A DNA stretch of 63,769 bases, filler included, from Hyphochytrium catenoides (Eukaryota > Protista > Hyphochytriomycota), in NCBI GenBank assembly GCA_900088475.1. It is 11 parts of 11 records of this genome, joined end to end, with 100 filler letters (N's around TTAATTAATTAA, not from the genome) between each part and the next. Parts side by side here need not be neighbours in the genome. Positions count along the whole stretch, not along the records: positions 21,443 to 27,731 come from FLMG01002554.1; positions 27,832 to 29,436 come from FLMG01001931.1; positions 29,537 to 31,163 come from FLMG01000022.1; positions 31,264 to 52,032 come from FLMG01001972.1; 7 more parts are not named here. One strand, given 5' to 3'. Under the pieces are notes generated by a model that saw only the letters and a program-made list of their open reading frames with translations, was not told where the DNA came from and ran no database searches. The translations under genes were made by a program, and so were the position numbers. Positions 24,708 through 34,636 of the stretch are shown here, piece after piece; positions within the stretch are counted from its first letter, which is position 1; each line of letters opens with the position of its first letter.

Positions 24708-25904
24708 TCCAGTGTGCAGTCAGGTGGTTAGCAGCCGTCAGAGGAGATATACATATAACAGGACTCCACAAAGGTCTGGGCGGTCTTTCGCGGTCGTTCT
24801 GCTAGCGGTGGTCCGAATGCAGGAAGTGGCTTTAGTGAAGCAGGCAAATTCAGAACTCCCCACCTCAGCTGTGTGCTCGCACGCACGTTTTCCATTTTTC
24901 GTCGAGCTGGCTAAAGAGCGGTCCCGACACTCTCACGCACCCTGGAGGGGAACTTCCTCTGCCTGCAGCACAAGCAGCTGGCCTTCCAGGCGGACGCCTT
25001 TGCCGCTGCTTGCCCGCAGGTAACCTCTCCGCTGCCTCATCCCGCAGCCTCCCCCCCCCCATCCCCATCCAGGTGCTTCGAGTCCCGCCGCTAATTTTAG
25101 CCCTCTTTTCGCCGACCTCCATCAGCGCAGCGTCGGCGCTAATCAGACTCGCCGTCCGTTACATTTCACGCTGTCCCATAGATAATAATCGTCTATCGGT
25201 TCCTCACAAGTCAAAGTGTTCGTGCGCCGATGTTACCCCTAATCGAGGTAACAACTGACCGTTAACGGCGCTCAGCTACCATGTTACAGTGGAACGTAGT
25301 GGGCACCACAGAATCGACTTGCGTATGTATTGAGGTGGAAATTGGTAACTGACGTTATCTAGGGCTTAGGATCCCTATAGTTATGCCTAACTACAGTACC
25401 AGAGGCAGAGGTCACGTCTGATGATAATGTTCCTGGTACCTCTGAGCTCTCTATAACATAAGCATCAACCTGCTTGGGCGGAATTGCAATAGTCCGATAA
25501 ACGAGTCTGGACAGAAATAAGGAACATAGATGCTTTCGTCTTCGTCGTCTTCTTCAATTTGCTGCGGTCCCTCGTGAGGCTGCTATAACTCTCTACTAGG
25601 TAGGCTCTTCTTTTTGTCCTCTTCATCAATATAATCTTGGAATCATATTAACCTGTAGGCTGTAGAGTTCTGCGTGGCTCAATGAGAAACAAGATCTCTT
25701 CTTCACGCACGGAGATGAAAGAGGAAAAAAGCTTGTCTAAGAAGACGCCGCACTGCTACGACGACTATTTGTGCTTTTCGTACTAGCGACATTGTTGTTG
25801 TAATTAACTCGTCGTTGAGGAAGTCATGATGCCATGGCAGTCGATGATGATGATCGTAGGACGAAATAATGGAGCAGACCGTAGTAGGTCTGAGGCACTG
25901 GCGA

Positions 25905-26228
25905 GAGCTAGTAACTATCAAGCAGGTAGAAGAAGCAGCGCGGCTATTTATTAACCCAAGTGGTGGAGAAAGAGAAGGAGAACGAATAGATCACCGAGAA
26001 GAAGAAGCAGCAACACAGCTCCTCTGCCAAAGAATTATCCACAAAATCCTTCCGAATAGAGGATCTTCTTCTAGTATTTGTTCTACTATAGGAAAAACAA
26101 AATCCTATCGACGTTGAGCCCGTTGGCAGGCTACCTAACAAGCATGGCCTTTAGCGCTATGTCGTGTACTACGTGCATATGTCCAAAGACTGCGCTGCTG
26201 CTTCTACCTGCCTGATAGTTACTAGCTC
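25905..26228. repeat. 37-bp inverted repeat pair (25905-25941 / 26192-26228), possible decayed MITE
   Basis: GAGCTAGTAACTATCAAGCAGGTAGAAGAAGCAGCGC matches its reverse-complement partner at 35/37. No clear TSD. Confidence 0.6.
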
Positions 26229-28085
26229 CCCAAAGTGTAGTTGACATCTCTCTTGATTCCGACTAGTAGCTGGACTTACTAGAAGGTGACGTGAAGATGC
26301 AGCAAAAAAAAGGAAAGGAGATCAAGCATCAGTCCCAGTCCCATCATGTGGACTGTTCTTACTTCATCAAAGAATGGTGAGGGCCAAGAGAGCATCATTA
26401 CCTCTTCTTGTCTCCCAGACGAATCACATTTCTTCGTCTTCTATTCTTCTCTGTCGAGCTATATCAGCGGCAGCGGTGATAGCATGATAAAGAAGAAGAG
26501 CCTTTATTTTCTTGTTTAACTTCATTACAGCAGTGCATGATTCGTAACTAGCAGCAGAATCGATGGAAGGAGAAGGAGTCCTAGTAGCACAGTAAAGAGC
26601 TACAGGTTACAGCGATAAAGGATGAGGGAGCATCAACTTCCAGCTGCGCGAGTGCAAGCAAGTCTCCCGTCCGCAGAGTGAAGAGATGATCCTCTGGAAA
26701 CCTTTTCTATGAAGGTTGCCAAGAAAGCAAACCTGGAATCGTCAGAAGATAATGATGGAGGAAGAAGCTCAGGTAGATTGTAACGACCATCTTCCTCAAC
26801 CCCGAGAACACGAGCATATAACCCTTTAACCGCACCCAGGATCACAGAAGAGTCCCCTGATAGCTCATCCTGCCATGGTTAGCGGCTTCTTCCAGAGGAT
26901 CAATAAATAGAATTGGGGCGGACTTTCGGACACACATAGGTTTTGCTGAGGTTGATGAAACAGACTGGAACTCTAGTAGACGTAGTATATTCTTACAGTA
27001 GATGTTATTAGGGTAACGTGGCAAAGAATAGAATTATCAATACAGCAGGCAAGCCTCAGGGCTCGCCCTTTTAGATAGGGGTAATTCAGCCTTGACCGGG
27101 TCCGTTATTCTTAGATTAGAGCATCTTTTAGAGATTTATTCGCAGCAAATTGAGATTTGATGATGAATAATAACCGAGTATATTTGTCTTTTATTTGGAA
27201 TAGTAACCGGGTAAGTTTGTTTTATAACAATAGCCGGTAGGTCTAATAACAGCTATATAATTACAACTACAACAGGGAGGAGTTGGAGTGGATTTGGTTC
27301 CTCAGTATAGTATGGGGAATAGGGAAAAGCGGAACAACGACTACAGAGTACAGCGTCACAAAGAAACAGTCCCAAAACCTGCCCCCCTCTCGTGCAACAG
27401 ATACACCCTTTGGCATGTTTTGAGAATGAACTAATGAACCCAGAGACGAACAATATGCTTTCGATGAATTGATTATTTGGTGATTACAAAAACTGACCAA
27501 TCACAGAATTAACGACGTTTGCATTTGTTTTCAAAGTCCTTTTGGCTTCTTTTCCCCCCCTTTCATGTTCCTATTTACGTAAGCACTTACATTTATTCGG
27601 ACCAAGAATGCTTATCTAAATGGTGATTGGAAACAAATCATGAATTAACGTCAACCTCAGAATTGTGATGGTCCTGGGGTACGATTTATCAATAGCTTTA
27701 GGCTTCGCCTAGGGCTCGCCCGACGTTACTANNNNNNNNNNNNNNNNNNNNNNNNNNNNNNNNNNNNNNNNNNNNTTAATTAATTAANNNNNNNNNNNNN
27801 NNNNNNNNNNNNNNNNNNNNNNNNNNNNNNNAAGCAGCCATTCAGAGTTAGGATTGATGTCCACTTTCTAGAGATCAGCAAGAAAGTAAGGCCACCCGAG
27901 GGCGAGAAAGTTTTGGGAAGGAGAGTTATGTGGACCACAAGAGGGCGGGGGCCAGGAGGACCCGTGAAAGTAAGAAAAGGTTGAGACCCAAGTGGCTGAT
28001 GAGGAAGAGCCGAAGCATAGAAGAACAACGGAAGTATAACAGAGAAGTAAAGAAGAGAGAACGAGAAGAGGCCTCCTCCTCCTTA

Positions 28086-29436
28086 CCTGAGGCAAGAAGG
28101 CAACAAGCCCCAAAATCTGGCTGAACTCTGAGTGACGGCTACACCGTCAAAAGGACAGCATTAGCAGAGGATTCCCTCTATCGTCTCTCTTATCTTTTGA
28201 CCTCTGTTGATATGTACTTACTTGAGGTAGAGACTGTAGAAATAGACTGAGAAATTGTGCCGGTTGTCCCGGCGGACAACGTGGTAGAGATATGTCTCAA
28301 ATAGGAACTCGAAGCCGTACCTGTCCGGCGAATAAGAGGAAGGTAAGGAGAGAATGAGCATGGAGAAGGAGAAGACGCAGAAACAAAGCCAAGAAAGAGT
28401 CCCCGGGAAAGAGAGAGAAGGTATGTCTAGAAAGAGTAACGCTTTAGCAAAGAAGCATGAGTGGTTAGAGATCCAGGTCTAGGTGAGCCCGAGAGGGGCT
28501 ATCTCTACCTGCCAGATGTGGAAGAAGACATCGTTGAAGAAGGTACTCGCAGGAAGGAAAATGGAAGAGAAGCAATGGCAGCAGAAGTAGGCAAAGAGTG
28601 TCACCTACAAATGGTAGAATAGCGCTCCTAGTAGTAGAAAGATGCCTCCGCTGCTGAGGGCGAACTTAACCCGGTTTCTGTTGACCATTGAGATGCTTTG
28701 ACGCCAAAGAGATGCTGAGGTGTTGACCGCACATTGCGGGTCATAGTCGTTATCCAAAAACTGGCAGATGAAGCGGAGAGAGAGAGAGGAGAAAGATCGA
28801 GGAAAGAGATGTGAGAGAAAGGATTGTGGGACAGAGAGAGAGAGACACAGAGAGAGAGAGAGTGCGAGAGAGAGAGAAGAGAATGAGAAAGTGAGTAGGA
28901 GAATAAAAGGTTAGAGAACGGGATTGCCCTCCCAACCTAGAAGCAGAGATAGGATCAAAGAGGACACGTTAGAGCTTCCATAGGGCTTCAAGAGAACAAG
29001 ATGGGACAGCAAGAAGGTCACGCGGCTTGTCCTTCGACGAGACGAGGGGCTATAGCGTCATGGGACACCCTTACCAGCATGAGTGTAAGCGTAAATACGA
29101 TGGGATAAATCTTGAAGTGCACCGCTAGGCCGTAGCTATCGGGCAGCAAGAGGAAGAGGGTGCACGAACAAGAAGAGATGATTGTGGCGTCAAGGCAAAG
29201 ATAAGCATCGGCAGCGGGTCCGGAGCAATAGACAGCATCATGAGCATCGGTCAGGTAGTAACGTTAAGTGATCAGCGGTACCATGAAAGTGAGAAGGAAA
29301 GAGAGCCAAAGTGGTGCAGAGCAGAGTGAGGGAGGATTGAAGTGACAGCGGAGAAGAGAGAGAGAAAGAGAGACAGAACGGAAGAGCGGTAGCCGTTGAC
29401 AAGAGATACTGAAGAGTGCATACCTACCACAGGCCG
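28086..29436 (-). CDS. PIGM: GPI mannosyltransferase I (PIG-M/Gpi14), internal exons only
   Basis: Exons [46 protein letters not shown] and GLVAFLPQ with GT/AG borders. Confidence 0.88.
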
Positions 29437-30028
29437 NNNNNNNNNNNNNNNNNNNNNNNNNNNNNNNNNNNNNNNNNNNNTTAATTAATTAANNNNNNNN
29501 NNNNNNNNNNNNNNNNNNNNNNNNNNNNNNNNNNNNGCAGCTTTAGGGTCAGGCATGGAGAGACAATCGCCGTCTGTGCTTTCATCATAGCCAAAGCTAG
29601 CCCCAAACCACTCTTCCGCTTCTTCTGGGTCCACAGGATCTCCAGCCATCTCTCTCAGCTTTGGAGTCTGCACCCGCAGGCCGAAACAGCCCTCGCTGGT
29701 CCTCCTCCCTCTTCTCCAGGAAGTACTGGATGGCCTGCCTGAAGCAGTGCTTGCGATCAAGGACAGACTCTCTCTCTCACTCTCTCTCTCTCTACTCTCC
29801 GTTTGATGGGACACCACCCACCCAAGGTCGTCGCGCTGCTGCACTGCGTCTCGCTACTGACGGTGTCTCTTTCCTTCCTGTCGCAGGAGTGGACGCTTTG
29901 GTGCTCAGAAGCCTATGGTGACCTGCTGCTCTCGGCTCTGAGGATGGCCTTGGACCCAGTTGGTTGAGGAGGCAGCTTGACTGTGTTTGTTCTCTCTCCC
30001 GTGGGCCTTCTGAGTGCTGGGCGCTGGC

Positions 30029-30161
30029 CTGCTGCTGCTGCTGCTGCTGCTGCTGTCCCTGGTGCTGCCACCACACCAATTGAAGAAGGGAGGACAATTC
30101 ATGCTGCCGCTGGGTGCTGTCTGTCAAAAAATCATCAAAGAGAGAGAGACGAGAGAAAAAA

Positions 30162-30223
<62 letters not shown>

Positions 30224-30705
30224 CAAGCATCATCATCATCATCGGGTTTCTCTTCAGAAAGCATCCAGACTCCGGTTGGCCCACATCAACAACAGATTAT
30301 TATTACGGTTATATACACACAGTCTGTGGGCTCTTGAATGTATTACTACGTAGTGGATAACTAATGCTCGAAAGCCCAATGATAATCATTATAGTGATCT
30401 CTTCCCTCATTATGGTGAATCAGATTCGTATCAAGAGGACAGTGCATACAACCACAGCACCGGAACTCGCACACACATCGACTACAGTGGAGGCCTCCCC
30501 ATTCCGAATAGACTCAGCAATATTAGCTTCATTGGGAACAAAAGTATTTCTGCTCACATTATTCGATATATGTCTAGGGCGGTATGGCCTTGATGGGGCT
30601 TGGGGGAGGAACCGTTACATTACCTCTCTTCCTTGGCGTTTCACCTTCCATGGGCACCGTTACCATACATAATATTAGGAGAAAGAGGGAGAGAAGAAGA
30701 GGACG

Positions 30706-30768
<63 letters not shown>

Positions 30769-30790
30769 CTCTCGCTCTCTCCCTCTCTCT
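30029..30790. repeat. Microsatellites: (CTG)n near 30029, (GA)n near 30168-30220, (TC)n near 30709-30790; representative of many GA/TC tracts in the window
   Basis: Directly visible. Such tracts produce the spurious ERER/SLSL ORFs and border many assembly gaps. Confidence 0.9.
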
Positions 30791-31263
30791 CCCTCACTTT
30801 CCTTAACTCATCAAAAACTTCCTCTTCGGTCTCTCCTCGCCCACCCTCTCATTTCTTCTCTCTCCTCCTCTCTTCCTCTCCTCCTGTCTCTCCTCCATCC
30901 GCGGGCGGGGCAGACTCTCTCTACGCTGAGTCCATGGCTCTAGAAAAGGGCTATATAATGATCTTGTTACTTGTTCTATTCTTCCTTCCTCAGTCTTCCT
31001 CTGTCCAACACTTTCCTTCCCGCAAAGTCTTGTGTCTTCTTTCCACTTCTTCTATGGTGCTGCTGCCGCTGCGGAGTAACGAAGAAGAGGAGAAGAAGGA
31101 CAGGAAGGGATGGGGTCTCGGCCTAGAGAATAACCATCGCGACGAGGGAGAGTGCCGCCAGCGNNNNNNNNNNNNNNNNNNNNNNNNNNNNNNNNNNNNN
31201 NNNNNNNTTAATTAATTAANNNNNNNNNNNNNNNNNNNNNNNNNNNNNNNNNNNNNNNNNNNN

Positions 31264-31938
31264 GCCATCAGCACCGACTATGAAGTCTGTCGTGATAGAA
31301 TTGCCATTGCTGAAATGCATGCGGTATTGACGGAGTCCGGAGCCTCGGTTCCTCTCCCGCTCCTCGCTTTCTCCTTCCATTGCTGTTTCCTTTGTCCTCA
31401 TGGGCGATGTCCCCTTTCCTTCTTCCTTGGCCTCCTGCGACGTTTCGTTAACTTCATCAGGTCCTGAAATGCTCACTAGCTTGTGGTCCCATTCTACTGT
31501 TCCGGGCAGTAAAGACTCGAGGAGAATCCTTTGCAAATCCGCGCGATCACTCTCAGGATTATATGCTTGTTCACAACCTTTTTCTTCTCCCTTGCTATGG
31601 TTTCTTTTCCCTTCTTCTTCTTCACTAGTTCTGTCGTCCCCGCCACCGCCAGCTTGCCAAAGACATTGAGCGTGTTTGCCATAGATACGCGTGTCGTCAC
31701 CTTCGAGGCGCGAGAGCCTGAGAAACTCCTCATAAAGTCCGGCTTTCCTCAAGACATCTTGTCCTGAATCTGCCTTGATATCAAGGCTTCCACCTTGTTG
31801 TCTGGCCGTAGGAGATGGGTCAGCCTCATAGATTTTCACCGAGCAGAACGCGTGATGGCGCTGAATGATGCGAGCGAGAGCGAGAGCAAGTCCGCCTGAG
31901 CCGACCCCCACTATGGCGATGTTGGGTCGTTCAATCAT
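31264..31938 (-). CDS. FAD-dependent monooxygenase, Tet(X)-like family (N-terminal half; truncated at the linker)
   Basis: IAIVGVGSGG Rossmann motif, ARQQGGSLDI, SGQDVLRKAGL, NPESDRADLQRILLESL, VEWDHKL, DFIVGADG. No introns in the visible part. Confidence 0.8.
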
Positions 31939-34636
31939 GCTCCCGTGGAGTTTCGCGTTGCAGTGAAAATCTCAAATGACGATGAGGAAACGTTTTGTAC
32001 ATGGATGGATAGTGCTACGTAGATGGTATAAATAAGACTAGGAAAGAGCTTTCAGAAGAGGCGCACCGCATCATACATCACAGAAGAATTCATCCAGGTA
32101 GCGACGGCCCGGTACGCTTGAGTGCGAGGACTATTGGCCCTTTATTATTGTTTGTTACTGATCATAGGGTCTTGGAAGAAGGTCTACTGCCCCGCCGTTG
32201 TGCCACAACATGCTACAGTCCCGGGTATAAGAGCAGCCTGGAGTGGTCCACTTCGCGTCCAAATTTGGAGCTGCGTTCAAACCCTCTTCTTCTTCTTCTT
32301 CGGGTCTCTTGTGGCCGAATAACCAGCAATAGAGAGAAGAACTTCACAGTCTAGAAACCTGGTGGTCGGTGATGATGGGCAACAACTCGACGATGCCTCA
32401 TGTCGTCTCCCACACAGTTCTTGTCCGTCTGTGGTGAACCAAAAAAAAACTAATAATGTCTACCCAACACGGAATAGGACTCGGAGGCCCTCTTGCTCAC
32501 AGTTGTACCATCGCCGCTTCTTCAGCCATCCTTTTTCTAAAGAAAACTCGAGAAGAAGGGAAGAGGTGGGCATCACTCAACAATCGAAACAGCATCGCTC
32601 ACGGTTGAGGGTCAGAGGAGCCACGTCGACCATAACGCCACAGTGCTCGCTTCAGTACCCCCCAACCCGCCCTGCAAGAATGTCGGAATGAAGAAGGTAG
32701 TAGTAGGCTTTTTTTATTTATCGCTGCAGACGAAATGACCAACACTCCTCTCAGTCCCGGCGGAGTGACCCCTGCCCTACAGAGTAGAGAGGGTTGTTCC
32801 CTCACCCACGATATATTGGGTGAAGGTTGGCTAGCAGAGGTGCGGACTTGGAACGAATCTCTGTCGACTGAATCTTCTTGAGATTCCACCAGTCCCCAAT
32901 CCAATCTATGCAATTTCAGAGACTGTCCTTCGTTCGCTCTTCCTCCAGATAAAATTGGCCACCACCACCTGACATCATGTCATTAACAAGACTACATTGT
33001 GATAAGATCCAAAGCCGAAACGAACCAAAACGCTTGTCGGCCCTTCCCCCACCAAATGCCGTCGTCCCTGTCGCCGCAAGTGCTCGTCGAGCGAACTTGC
33101 ATTCAATCACAGTCTAGAAAGCTGCTGCACAATGGCGGCACTGAAGAGCTTGAGGACAGGACTACTATTGGCAATTACTCCCACACCAGAGAATCTGGTG
33201 GTTGAAGTAGTAGTAGTACCACGAGTAGTCGCCGAGGAGATGCCGACGTTCGTCGTCCCAACCTTCTTTAAGATGGCATGTATATTATCATTGCTAGACA
33301 AAGGGTCAGCTGTCAAGCATAGGTGTGATGTTTCGTCGTTTGGGAAAGGTGGCCCTTCTATTTGGAAAAGAGCAAGGGGCGGGGGTCAACAATAAGAAGA
33401 TGTGATGATGATTGATGGTGATGAGTCGGTCGTGGGATGAGGAGGAGGAGGAGGAGGAGGAGGGAGAGGATGGTGGTCGCAGGGAGTATGGATGCAATGA
33501 TGTACATTGTTGACTGTTGGGAGAGAGGAGGTTCAATTTAGAGGTCCATCTATCCATCATCGTTGCTTAGTCGCTGGTCGGTGCACTAGAAGGAAGAAAC
33601 AGACGGATGGACATGTCGGATAGCTAGGTAGAGCGAGAATAAGGGGAACTACCGGGCTTTAGAAAGAAGGTTGAAAGGGTGATAGCGAGTGGTGAGGAGG
33701 CCAAACTATTGATGGAAATCCTCAAGGCTTCACCTGTGAAGCGAACCAACTTCAACTGGGGGAGACTCCGGACTCCATTTATCTAAAGAAAGTATAAACT
33801 GTAAGGCAATGGGTATGGGACAATCACCCCATTGGAAACGCGAATAGGTAGATGGTTTGTGAGTTTGTGAGGGTGAGTACCCGCGGCTACCTTGGGCAGT
33901 AACTCCAGTGTTCAAGAAGTGGAACGGATAGCCTCTAACGTACAGTACGCAAGAAGGTTTGTCCACACCTCTGTCATTTAGAATGAGGGGAACTGAATAA
34001 TAGCTTTCGTTTCAAAAATCTTGCAAACTCAAGGTCTAAAGGTGTTTTGTACAGTGCCGTAACAATGTTCAAAATTGCGAAGCCTTCAAGTCTAACGATT
34101 TTAAATATCATGCGTTTTTATCCAGGACGTCCTTGCAAGGGTCAGTTCTTCCCCATGACAGAGAAAAGGGAGTGGGAAAGAAAGAGTGGCTTGTCTGTTC
34201 AGGTTCTACTGTAGTAAGGAAGGGGCAGAGGGAGGAAACCATCACTGGCGCACAGAGGAGAAGAAAAGTGCGTTTCTGATCTGCGAACGATGTTTCGAGC
34301 GCCGGGCGCCGGGCGGCTTGCCCCTTGGCCAGAGGCGCGGCGGCAGCAAAGGCCAGACAGCTCCTCGGCTGGTGATGGATACAGGGCACTGCTGATAGAC
34401 GGCACTCAGGAAAGAAAGATTTTGCGCGCGTCTATGAAGATTTGAATTCGGGCGGGAGTGATAGAGACCAGAACCAAGACTACCTGCCCTCTCTCTGGCT
34501 GCCCAAGTATCGGGCTGGAGTTTGTTGGGAAGCGAATCATTTCGGCTCTGTGAAACTCTACAGGCTGCTTGAGGACGGTAGTAGCTCTCTGGTGAGGCAG
34601 CCCAGCGATAGAGCCGCTCCAATTGTGCTAAAGACT

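Larger units (their letters stand above)
22353..24760 (-). mobile_element. Rearranged non-autonomous chromovirus (Ty3/Gypsy) insertion with a 5-bp TSD
   Basis: TSD GGACT at 22348-22352 and 24761-24765. Full 3' LTR 22836-22353 (TGTTATA...TATTACA). PPT AAAGCGAAAGGG at 22848-22837. Only 56 bp of the 5' LTR remain (24760-24705, identical to 22836-22781). Confidence 0.9.
21443..25458 (-). mobile_element. Older LTR retrotransposon (5' LTR, PBS, decayed gag), interrupted by a younger element and truncated by the scaffold end
   Basis: Putative LTR 25458-25282 (TGTTA...TAACA) is directly followed by PBS TGGTAGCTGAGC (25281-25270; resembles an initiator-tRNA-Met PBS). A gag-like frame with stops follows (LPMYDSSRMTFEEHIKVLEEFA...DWQTLTEALIEDL). 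Confidence 0.65.

Noticed and set aside
32100-33560. Coding-like fragments here and at 18350-19514, 26633-27024, 44200-45230 and 48864-52032
   Set aside because: I could not build a consistent exon model or recognise a family. They may be decayed or unknown genes; BLASTX and RNA-seq are needed.
34100-34636. Cobalamin riboswitch upstream of nrdJ
   Set aside because: Only a loose B12-box-like string (AACCAAGACTACCTGCC near 34472) is visible, without the other conserved elements. An Infernal search with Rfam RF00174 would be decisive.
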